From Acanthaster planci (taxonomy: Eukaryota): a stretch of DNA of 64,000 bases. The position numbers and the translations under genes are program-made. Each line of letters starts with the position of its first letter. The stretch's first letter is position 1. Below the pieces are notes generated by a model that searched no databases, was not told the origin of the DNA, and worked only from the letters and a program-made list of their open reading frames with translations. The stretch lies in NCBI RefSeq assembly GCF_001949145.1, contig NW_019091357.1, positions 748,671 through 812,670 on the forward strand. The letters run 5' to 3'. This document shows, piece after piece, positions 12,108 through 23,698 of this stretch.

Positions 12108-15100
12108 GCCTTCTTTTCCGTGCCCTTCGTTATCTCCACCCAGCCTCCACCTACTACAAACTCCACTCGCCATCACCTCTTAGTAACCACTGATGCACAC
12201 ACCCATTTCGAAATCTGGCTTTCGTGGGCGTTCGTTGACGTCAGTACGTCTTCCATTGTACTTGTTTGTTCTTTGTTCACTTTTGAAACCCATCTCGGAC
12301 CTAACTTTCCTATCTGGCCATGAAGCAAGCTAAGACGGAGCACTAATTCACTTCCCCTACAAATGCTTCATAACAAGATGTGGTCAGAGCAATCTCGGCA
12401 TCACAAGAACAGTAATGAATGTTTATGTATTGGTTGAGTTCACATGTGAACGCATGCGTCAAGAAAGGGGAAACTATAAAATTGGAGGACAGTATGGGGC
12501 AGTCATGTGTCTTATCCAGTCTTTCAGGAATCTCCCTCGATTTTACTAGTCCCAGCCTTACCTAGACACCAAGTTTGAGTCTTTCCATTCTTAACGGTTT
12601 TTAGAATGACTTCCTCCACGATAAGTCCATATACATGTATAACATGTAGTTTCATTGTTTTTCACCCCACCTCTCAACCTCTTGTGACGCTCACCAACAT
12701 CCCTTCTAGATGTACCCTCCCGAATACATGTACCACAAACCCTCGACGAGAAGCATATACCCCCATTGCAGGTGAAAGTTGAGAGGAAGGGGTTTTAATG
12801 GGCACTGAGCCCCCTCCCTACCCCACATCCTGTTTGTTTGCAGTGTGGACCTTGTGGTCACCAGAAGTCACTCCACAGGATTGTCTTTACGTCAAGCTGT
12901 CCTCGATGACTTGTATCGATTTGTTTTGTTTGCAGGTTTGCATGCGCATGTTTTTACATACATAGGGTTGTCAGAGGTTGTGTATCTTAAGTTTCTTAAC
13001 CTGAGAGTATTCATAAATCGTCACCAGTGCCTTTGAGTTGAAACTTCAAGGTGCTTCCGCAGTTGATCTTGTTGGGAGAGTAATCAAGCATGGAAGTGTC
13101 AACTGTGTCATGTAGATTTGATTGTTTCCTGCTTGTGAAATCTTCTTGGCAGATCATTTAATTTTCTTGCGTAAACATAATTGTGAAAGATCTTTCTGCG
13201 TATGTAGATCAGGAATCACAAACAAACAAAGATGTTATTGAATTGAGCTGAAATAAATCGTCATCTTTGCCAGAGGCCGTACAGAGACATTTTCTTTCAC
13301 ACAGCTGTAAATATCACGGATGTATGCAATCATTACAACGGTGATGAAATTCACGAAATTATTAAAGTGACTATTTCCAGCCTCTTCTTTAGATTCTAAT
13401 AAGTGGCTTGCCAAGGTTTAGCATATTCAGGAATTCTATCTTCGCCCAACCAAAAGTAGCCACGGCACGCCCACAATACACGATCCGAAATATCAAAGGA
13501 CTTGGCGCAGCAACAGAAGTGAAGTGAGGGCAGGAGGTGTTAATCTTTGCCATCAAACTGGAATGTGTTTTCACACGGAATTCTAGCTTTTGATGATCAA
13601 GATCTAGCGTTAGTGCATGTGCCAGCAAGCTCCTGATTTGAGGATTTTCCACCTGAGTTGCTACCAATTAGCACAAAATCTTTTCCCCTGGCAGTTTCTC
13701 CTATCCTATCTCGTAGTCCCTCTGCGTGTCTGGATTTTTTCCTCAAGCTTTAGACCTTCTGCTGGCTGGGGGAAGCCCCTATCACTCACTGTGCGCTGTC
13801 ATACTTGTTTGTGTCTGGCCTGTACCTCTGACTCATCCATTGGATGTGAGCTCACCGTCCTCTGATTCTGACAGAGTCGGTGTCTACGATCACGAGGTCA
13901 TCAGGCTGCTGCCAGGGATCAAGAACTCACTCCAGGATCGAAGGCCACGGTTTTGACAGATGTCAGTGCCACACTTTGACAGGCTCGGTTCCTTGAGTTG
14001 AAGTCCAATCGTGGAGACAAACTAAGGAAATTGTTGTAACTTTGTCAATAATTTTGAATAATTATGGTGGAAAAAAACCATTTGAAGTTTAGTTGTGTCT
14101 GTGCTGTCTCTGGTCCTGTCATTCTGTACTGACTCTTGAGAAACGGTGTAGACGGAGAGGATGATTGGAGCTAAAACGCCATTAAAGTGAACCCTGCGGG
14201 AAGGGCGGAGTCATTGATGCTTCCGCCCCTAAATCTCTGTGACAGTCTTTATCATTTCTTGTTCCCATCCGGTCCAACTTACACCTGTCTCAAGTCACCT
14301 CAGTCACAGGTAACAAAAACATGAAGTGCCCAAGCTGGGTTTGTCAGTGAACTAGGAGAAAAAGCAATTCCACGTCCGTCTGACACCTGTCAAGCATCAA
14401 GATGATTCCTAAACGGCGACTCTCAGACTAGGGAGAAGGTTTTTGCACATGTTCTTTTAATAACACACGTCCTATCGTACATTCCCGTCGTCGAAGTAAA
14501 TTAAATCATTGTCCATAAAAATATAACCGAATTATTTAAAGAGCAATTGTGGTTTAGCACTATTTATAATCGAGGCGCCAGGTGCGGCAAAATCTTGTTC
14601 CGACTTTAGAAGGAGCTATATTTACACCAGGGATTTACTTGTCCTGTATCTTCTTCCGACTCGTAGGGTCGTGACTTTAACAAAAAAGCAGATGAGCTTT
14701 TTAGCCACATTTTGCCGCTGTTTTTTATGCTGCTGTTGCTAACGAGTTGATGCAGATTTTGCCCTGGATATTATACTTCTGCTTTCTTAAAGCTGTTACC
14801 TTCAATTCACCAATAAAAGGTAGCTAGGAGAATAAGAACAAGTCCTCTCCAAGCTGCGTCAAGGCCTCAGGATAGCTCCATGGATAAGTAAGAAAATTGG
14901 CTAAGAATAGTTCAAAGTGAAGTGGGTGAGAGATGAAAGAACTATCTATTTGCGTGTAATCCCGTTCTGATTTATGCTTTGAAGTCGTGTGTCATTGGCG
15001 GGCGCTCTGGTCACGATGACGCCACTAGTGGGCCTACACTTATCACCCCACAACGCCGATGGACCTGTACCAGATTTCCTCCAAAAAATTACCAGCAGGA

Positions 15101-17671
15101 TAAGAGGGATTTGCCGCTGGGATAAAACACTTAGACAGTCATGGAGCAATGGGAACTCGGGACCATGATGGAGGAAATGAGCTAATCCCATGTTACACCA
15201 ATAGGGGTATATTTGGCAGCGCTGAGATATTTATAATTGTCACATTAATGATGACTTATCCTTTTAACCCTGTCGCTCGTGTCAGCATTTCCCGTTGAGT
15301 GTTATCTCAACATTAATTGAAAAGACTTGTGTGTAAACAGATGTTTATTAATTTCTGAACTTGTCACTTATATGTCGCTACTAGACGGCCGACGAAATGC
15401 TAGTGAGTCGTCAAACTTACAATACTTTTGCCGTCTGGGAGCGCTGTGTACAAGCCTCGTGAGATGTTTCCAGTACATGGCTTTTTTTCTTACAATTTTT
15501 TTTTTAGTAGCATGTGTTTTTTTTCTTATAACGTCAAACTTCACAGTTTAGAAGGGGAAAGGGACTTTCGTGATTTGTTACACATCTGAATTATCCATCA
15601 TGGAAGGAAAGATGTTTATCCCTTTGAGAATTCATGCCACAAGACCTGAAACCTTGCATGTCAAGCTCGAACTGTTATTTTCCATTATGGAAATGAAAGT
15701 ATATTTTTAATGATATGCACTCGCATTATGAAACAAAACAGCGGTTCATGGAAGTGGCATGCAGGCATGACTGTTAAGCTTTGACAGAACCTTTATGTCA
15801 TGTTGCTAAAACGAGTAGTGATGACTTTGCATGTACAGTGTTTGCTTTGATTTCTGGCTTATCAGTTTCTTTTGTTGTAAGATGCTTTGAATTACTTGGG
15901 CCAATACAGTCTCATTTTGCGGATGGAGGGATAACATATGGGCCATGTGAAGGATTGCGGCTTTCTGGACATAACGTGGGTCCCACGGCGTGGGAAAAGA
16001 TCCCAGTATGTAAACATTGGTGTGATGCAAATTTCTCTCACTGCGAAATATCAAGCAAGGTGTCCTGCTGAAGGGACGAGGAGCCACTTCGGTATTGCAA
16101 AACGGGAAGATCGATAGAGGGCAAAGCACGCGTGCGAGTCGACGTATGGCCGACTGCGCATCATTTCGGGCATGCGCGGTTGCAATACTATACGTCAAAG
16201 ACTGACACGCCCTCTTGCGGGTGTTTTGTATCCATTTCTTCAGTTGAATGGCACTTGCGAACTCAGGTCCACCTGTCATTAAGAAAAAACATAAATGCAA
16301 ACTTGAAATCGGGAATGACTAAATCTTTTGACGCCATAGTTGCCGGGTTGTAATTAAGCGTAAAGATCAGACGGACAGGAGGCTAAGACAATTGTGGCAG
16401 AGGACGCTTTTATGGGCTTGAGGCCTCGAACACGAAGCCTGCTAGATTTGATTAGAACTTTAACATGCTGTGTTAAGTTCATCTCTTGCATAATTGTGGA
16501 GGAAAGTGCTCTTCTGAAACCAACTCTCTATTTTCACGTTAACCACGGCTGCATGACCTCTCACCTGTTTTACTATTATCACAATTATTGATTCAACTTA
16601 ATTCAATGCCCAGGGCTACAGCAGAATGAAAAACAAAATCAGATCTTATCTGACGTTGCCTGGTGTTCTTCAGATCAATTCAGCAATCGTTAGTAGATCT
16701 GAGCGTGAGTTTGACAAGATTACATCCGTGCGGTGAGTAAGTAGATGAGGCAAACGCCATGTGACGGGCGGTTTGCCAGATGCGTCACATACATAGTGGA
16801 AAATTTATATCCACTGGCGAAGTAATTCGCGTTAGCACCTAGCGTGCAGTTCCTCCTTGGGATGTCATCTCTTTGTCACCTGTTTAAGTTGAGATGTACT
16901 CTCTCTAGCCTGTCCAACTCGTGTTCGGAATGACCTGTAATGCGATTGTGATTTTCAATGCATTTCACTTCTCTTTCTGACGGTAACAAGCCGCATGTTG
17001 GGGGGGGGGAAATCTTGACAGTTCCTCAACATTCGAGGTTTAGTGACGAAGGGGGCGGGGTTTCCGGTGATGACAAGCTATTTAGGCTGATATTTTCTTT
17101 GCTAAACTGAGATTTGTTAACGACAGAAAAAAAAAGCTAAGAGATACAGCTGTAGTATGAGACAGGCTTTTCAGTGCCAGTCTATTTTCCTGTCTTAACA
17201 AGAAAATGAAAATAAAAGGTCTAGTTCTGAACACTCGATGTCTTGGCCGTTTGAGCGGCAGAAACAAACACTACGTACTACTCAGCACAAGAATTTCAAA
17301 AGTCTATCCGCCCCGAGTTGAAGTGCACCCCCAAGTGGCAAAAGAAAGACAGCCTAAGTTTTACAAGTGGATTCTTGCGTTCTGCGTATAAGCAAAGACC
17401 ATACATTAAGGAATAAATTCGTTACGCGTACTCAGCGTGCTCCGCCATTGATCCCATTATAAACGCGCGTCTACGCGGTGAATACTAAAAAGCACGCCCT
17501 CTTCTGTTCCGCTCAGAGCGGATAGAGTACAGAAGTGAACGCACAGTTACGTGTGTAAAAGGCATTAGAGAGAGAACCAGCGCGTGAACCAACACACACG
17601 CGTACTCCATTCGTTTGCACTGCACTTATAGGTTCACAGTGACGTCACACGTCAGTACTCTATACTTCTAA

Positions 17672-17780
17672 GGCTGCATCCGAATCCCTTGTCTAGAGCT
17701 AGGGCTAGGTCTTCGCTCCTTTGGAATTGTGTGGACAGTAGACCTAGCCGTAGCTCTCGAAGCCCATTTCGGACACATCC
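17672..17780. mobile_element. PIF/Harbinger-type MITE (109 bp) with TAA target-site duplication
   Basis: TAA|GGCTGCATCCGAAT ... TTTCGGACACATCC|TAA (TIRs match 10/14); internal inverted repeat agagctagggctaggtct (17695-17712) vs 17740-17757 at 17/18; TAA/TTA TSDs are typical of PIF/Harbinger. Confidence 0.7.
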
Positions 17781-19732
17781 TAAGTGACCACTGCATGGGA
17801 ATCGAAGTCACAACCTTCAGCTCAGTGACAGTCGTCTTGGTTTTTGCGATACCACCTCGAGAAGAATTTCCACTTCGGAAGTTGAGAGGTATCTCCCCCA
17901 TCCCTGGAGTTATGCCCATTAGCAGATCGACCTATATCCAACATTACCCACTGTACGATGTCTAAACCACAAAGAAATTTCAGTTTTTGTTCAAGCGAAA
18001 TGATTAAAACCGCCTCTATTATATTCAAGGCTAGTGCTTGCTTGGAGCGTTCAAACCATGACATGCCCATTTGGAATTGTAAAACAAGGGCATTTCCTCG
18101 AAATCAGAATACGAGATTGTGGACAAAGAATGACAAGGAAATGAAGCCATGAATAGACTCGTATAATGTTTCATACTTTTTACCCCAGTCGAGACCACAC
18201 AAAGAGTGAAATTTCCGTTACAATATTTCATTTCTACCCATTGCGTCACGCATGGAGTCGGCAGACTCGAGACCATTTTCTGGGAAATGCAGAAAGATGT
18301 GAAACATTCGAATAATCACGTGTTTAATACACTGCTCTAACGATTTTTAAAATTCATTTTACGGTTCCGGAAAAAAGGCTAACTGCACGAGCCTAAGGGA
18401 ACTTTGATGGATCCAAAAGTCAGTTGTTTCTTTTAAATTAGAAGTCTTAAGGATAGCTCAACTTTTTACGCATAACTCATTTCCTTCCAGTTGTGATAGA
18501 ATCCCTCATGAATATACCTCTTTGTCCGGTACAGGTCTATCTGTACTTTCACATCTTTATTCAACCTTTTAAAAAAAAACCTTGCGTTTGCTAAACATTT
18601 AGTAAACGCAGGTATTCATTTTTTGTTCCAGCCAGTTCCCGTCGGGAAGAAAGCTTGGTCTTGGTTGGGTGGTCGCTTTTACTGCAGGGAACTGTATTTT
18701 CAGAAAGGCGTAAGTGAAAATTCAGTGAATAATTGGACCCGGTGACACTGAGAATTCATCATGAATGGGTCATTGTGATCACGGCAAAGTTTGCACTCTG
18801 TGATTGAGAGATATACAATACTCCTACCAACATCTATAGGCCTGCAATTTTTTGCTGGCTGCCGAGGATGTTCTATACGTTGCAATGATGAGAAAAAATA
18901 TAACTGTAACCCATGTGTGGTTGAATCTGTTGGCAGTGTTGCTGTAAAGCTTTCCTATATTAACAGTCACTTTGGCCTTCTGTCTGTCGAACTGTTGAGC
19001 ATTCCACTTGAACTTTCATCCTTTATCTTTAGGCCACGACTTGGGGAGAGAAAAAAAAGAAATAGCTATGAATGGGTTTGCTTAACACGGATCGACATCA
19101 AATTACGCGGTTGTAGGCAGTTCTAGTCAACTATCGCACCAGGTATCTCTTTTACCAGTTGCGATCTTGCTGGTAGCCGTTTCCGGTTACATGTCAAAAC
19201 GATTCGAGGTGCTCGTTTGTATCCGAGCACGGAGCCGTGACTTTTTTCCATTGATCTATTGACTCTGTAAAATGTCACGCTATAGTCCACATGCTAGTTT
19301 TGCAACGATTTGATCCCGGTTGGAGCTACCAACTCAAAACACAACTAGAATGTCGATCAGGAAAACAAAATTTTGAAACGCTGCTACGTACCAGCAGTTT
19401 CAGTAAAAAAAGAAACCTGATTCTTGTTGAACAAACTGTCCACAAATTGAGGGGACACGTAACGCAACCTGAGTAATCACCAAACTTGACAGGTTGCCAG
19501 GCGACCACATTCAAATAAGAGTTTTTAAGGGTTCAGTTGAAGGTGTGCTTAATGGTATGAGTACAGTGGCCATGAAGATAATCTTTATTGTCACAAAGTC
19601 TGCATTTGGGGTTATCAGTGAAATGGTCTGATGCTGGTTTTTTGTTCCTAATTTGCATGCTGTAGAGGAAGCACAAAGAACCAAACAATGCATATTGTAA
19701 AGATGTATTTCTTTTGCGTTGGGGAGATGCTA

Positions 19733-19925
19733 ATTTACATAACGGGTTTTTTGCCCCTACCGGTGGTCGAGTGGTTGGGACGTCTGCACTGGTGGCGGGA
19801 GGTCGTGGGTTCGGGTCCCACCCGAGTAGGCTTGTGAGGTTTTTTTCGCAAGCTCTAGGACAGGCACTGAGCATACAGTGCTTATTAATGTACGTTGGGT
19901 AGGGGTAAAAACCCGTTATGTAAAT
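19733..19925 (+). mobile_element. Inverted-repeat-bounded element enclosing a tRNA-like Pol III promoter core
   Basis: 28-29-bp arms atttacataacgggttttttgcccctacc (19733-19761) and ggtaggggtaaaaacccgttatgtaaat (19898-19925). Inside are an A box TGGTCGAGTGG and a T-arm GTGGG-TTCGGGT-CCCAC (19805-19821), then a T run. Confidence 0.75.
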
Positions 19926-20961
19926 GCATATTTTATTGGAGCAATCAGAACAATTTAATGCAAATTTGCTGTGCGACATGTAAATCGCCATGACTGCCAA
20001 GTAGTCGAAACTATTAAAACGTGTCTGCACAACACCATCTACGGTGTTTCGTTGTGATTCAACCTTGAGTAATAACGAGTTTTATTCACAAAATTTCAAT
20101 GGCTCTCTTTTTCACGGTCGACTCGCTCTGCCCGACTCAACGTTTTTGGCGCCAAAGAAAATGAGCGACTTACGTTTTCCAACACCTTGTCCAAGACTGT
20201 CAAATTTGTATTGATTTTTTTTGACGAGGTGGAAGAATGGGCCAAAGGTTATACTAGTGTTAAACCACTATGATGGATGCCTTTGTCAGGTTTAGACTAC
20301 CTTACAGTGGAAATGGGGGTAAATTCACGGAATGCCTGCACCAATAGCCACTTTCAAATATTCATGCATACCTTTGCCAAAGTACAGTTAAATAAATCTT
20401 TTGAACAACGCAAAGTTCAGTTCATTCTTTTGTGGAACATTCTGAAGTCGATATACATATATAGAGTTTGCTGCACTTTGGTTACTACCCCTTGATTTTG
20501 TTTGTTTGTAAGGAAAGTAGAATATCTGAAACTGAAAAGAACCCACTTACAGCGAAATTTTGGTCTCACAAAATGTGGACGACAGACATGTGAAACTGTG
20601 TATGTCGTGGTGGAAGCCACTGGCCTATTTTTCTGGCTTTGCCAAGTATCACGTTACACCAAAAAAAAAATCTTATGCTCTATTTCCTGGTTACGATTTC
20701 GTGGAAGAACAGGGTAGGAAAAAACATGTAGCTAATGAACGACCTAAGCAACAATTAGAAAATCAGTAGCAAATCCCATGCACCACAACGGCACCAAGGC
20801 CGAGTCCTTGTGACCTACAGTCACCAAATCAGCACTTAACCTGAGCAAATATTAACCTCCTTCCTCAACGAATAAACAATTCAGAAGAGCAAAGCACAAA
20901 TAGAACAAACCTGAAAGATAACACAAACATAAATATCTGTGTTTAATGTACATGTACATAG

Positions 20962-20967
20962 TTTATT
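20962..20967 (-). promoter_or_regulatory. Candidate TGIF polyadenylation signal (3'UTR about 1.3 kb)
   Basis: TTTATT on the plus strand (AATAAA on minus), after a U-rich minus-strand stretch. Confidence 0.4.
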
Positions 20968-22248
20968 TCTAAATCCAATACAGATTGCAAACAGAAAGAC
21001 GATAGTATAGAGTCTACACATCGTTTACTGCAAATTCATAAAATCATCCTCGCTAGAACTAAAAAGAAATCTAAATCAAACGGTAAAATAAAGACAGAAA
21101 AGCCAAAGAGCAAGAAATAAAATACACAGACGCTTTTTAAAGCAAAATACACAAAATTTCGTTCGAAAGGGAAAATAGGCTGGACTTGCTATCCTACAAG
21201 TTCATTCACATTATTGGTTCAATATTTTGCTCATTGGAAATTCATTTCGTCCAATTCCTCATCCTTTTCGTTTCATTATCGTACGTACATGTACTTTACA
21301 AACAAGACAGCTCTGCAAAAGTATCAAATTTGGAATATAAATACAAAGAAATCCAAGCATTCTTGCTTTTAATTGAAGCAATTTACCGTCTTTTCGTTGC
21401 ATTCCGTTCTTTCAAATCAAAATGTCTCTTACAAACAGACCTATTTTCTTCCCATTTTCCTTTGAAATTGAGGAATAAATGCACCATACAAATCTAATAG
21501 TCTGGAACAAGGCCATGTGAATACAGTAACCAGTGGTTTGGCACATCTTTCACGTCTGGGAACAAGACAATAAGGTATTACTAAGGTCCAACGATGCCTT
21601 ATTTCAGCTTGAATTTTTGTCTGATAGAGAGAAAAGTGGCCTTGAGTGCTCAACTGAGCGAGTTTGTATTGTCATATACCTGTGCTTCATTGTACAATAT
21701 TCAATTGATTTGCCAAACACTTTACTTGCAGTAATGCTTCATGACCGCCCTTGAATCCAAATTCATTCGCCACAAAATTGTGGTAGACAACAGAGGGCGC
21801 TTCAAGTCACGGCAACTAAAAGGCAATTAATGCTAAGGACGGGTCAAGACAGACGTACGCAGGTCATTCACAGCTGTAGCTGCCCGGTGTTCTCTTACTC
21901 GATCTTTCAATTTTTCACGTTTGCAGTACCCTGCCACTTTGAGCCCTACTTATCACTTTTTGGTCCTTTACATGTATAATCGATCTCAGTGCAGAAAGTC
22001 TTGAGTCAGCATATAAATAGCTGAACTTCCCTGTCTAACGGGAATGTTCTGTAAGGCACACTATATATACACTATGCCACAGGGATAACTCCTTTGGGGC
22101 TTTTGCTCCAATTACTGTGCTGTCTTTGTCTAGAATCGGTGCAAAGTGACTGAAGCCAATCAGATGCAACACAGCTGTGCTCACACAATATGATGTTCCA
22201 TGGTGTTTTGGGTCACCCTTTTGATTAGTGACTTATTTGCTTTGTTGG

Positions 22249-23405
22249 CTACAGGCAGGCAACAGCTTGTCCGTAATGGCTCTGGTGCTGAGGCAGCTGC
22301 TGTTCGTACTCTCGTCTCGAGTTGGCCACCTCCACCAGCATGAGAAGCCCGCTGAATGTTTCTGCCTCCATCTTGGTCGCCGGGGCAGGGGGCCGAAGGG
22401 TTGGGGAGGCATCCCTCGGCGGTGACGGTGGGGGTGTTTGGGAAGGCACACGTTGGTGGCTTGGCATGGGCAGTCTCTTGCCCTCTTGGGATTGACTCAA
22501 GTGACGGTAAAGCTCTGTGTGCTGGTGGTGGTGGTGGGGAAGTGGCAGGCTGGGAAAGCTGGCCCCCTGGGGTAGCTTCAAGTCCAACGGGGCCCTTATG
22601 TACTGGTACGTGCTTGGATAGGTCAGAGGGGTGGAGGATGGAAACATCGTTAGTGGGGAGCCATGGTACGGTACTGGCTGAGTCAGAGGGGGACTGCAGC
22701 CTCGTCCTGCACTGGTGGATCCTGCTTCACTTAGAGATGGGCTGGAGACATCTCGCTCCATGCACACGAGGTCATTCTGTGAGAATTCTGAGCGCTGAGT
22801 GCGATCATGGTGGTAGGTTGATGGACGGGGTGACGGGGCATCCTCTGAGTATCCATCCGACTCGTAAGGAGGAGAGTCGTACCCACTGGCACTCATGGAT
22901 GACGTGTCGGCTTCATTGCCACTATCAGAGAGTCTGGACTCTTCCATGTTGATGCGAGCGTGGGCTTTCTCCTCCTCTGGGCTTCCTTGCATCTCACCTG
23001 TGACTCCGTCTTCATCTGCCTGTCCGTTCAGCTTTCCGGGCGACCTCCTACTGATGGTGAACTTGTCTGGGTCCCGACCCTCTCGGCGGATCATATCAGG
23101 AAGAATCCTGCGCCTGGCATTGATGAACCAGTTACACACCTGCAGTAAAGTCAGATTGGCCATCCGGGCAAGATGCATCTTCTCCTGGTCATTGGGGTAA
23201 GCGTTGTAGCGATGCTCGTACAGCCACAGCTTCAGGATGTTAACAGCTTCCTTGGGGAGGTTGCCGCGTCGCTTCTTGGTGGCTGGCATTACGCTTGCTG
23301 GGGCGATGCCTCCTGCTGGCCGGAACTTCTTGTGATGAATAACCCCGGCACCAGCTGAAGACATGTCTGACCCTCCACTGTCACCGTTGGAGATCTTCAC
23401 AGTTG
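22249..23405 (-). CDS. TGIF: TGIF-family TALE homeobox transcriptional repressor, main coding exon
   Basis: [78 protein letters not shown] is a TGIF homeodomain plus the TGIF-specific extension. The C-terminal PPPSPP...[11 protein letters not shown] resembles the Sin3-interaction region. Minus-strand acceptor tgtctcttgcag places the exon start at 23405 (phase 1); stop at 22249-22251. Confidence 0.97.
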
Positions 23406-23505
23406 CTGCAAGAGACAATGGACAAAAAAGGCTTGATCTTAGAAAAAAAACATCAGATTATCAACGTGTTATCCAGAATTTAGGTTTCACACCAAATCTA
23501 TAATA

Positions 23506-23698
23506 CAGTGGAACAATGTTAGGTCCTTACACACTGTTAGGTCCTCGAAACTTAACAAATTACATGTACTTTTGTATAGCAGTGAATTTGTATTATAATT
23601 GATGGAAACCAAGAAAAATAAAGATTTGGGACCTAAATTGTAATTGTTGTAGATATGACCTTGTATTAAACAGTGCTCTCCTTATCTGTGTTCGACTG
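23506..23698. mobile_element. Tc1/mariner-pogo-type MITE with TA target-site duplication, in the TGIF intron
   Basis: TA|CAGTGGAAC ... GTTCGACTG|TA; termini match at 8/9 plus the TA flanks; CAGT ends are typical of pogo/Tigger. Confidence 0.6.

Noticed and set aside
19761..19830. Functional tRNA gene (also 59268-59340)
   Set aside because: A and B boxes are present, but I could not fold a convincing acceptor stem and anticodon arm, and both lie inside inverted-repeat elements.
22356..23358. Plus-strand ORFs overlapping TGIF, and antisense ORFs over the lectin genes
   Set aside because: Shadow frames of GC-rich coding exons with no recognisable motifs.
23406..23418. ORF-track start (TTG) of TGIF
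   Set aside because: It lies in the polypyrimidine tract and acceptor of an intron; it is not a eukaryotic start.
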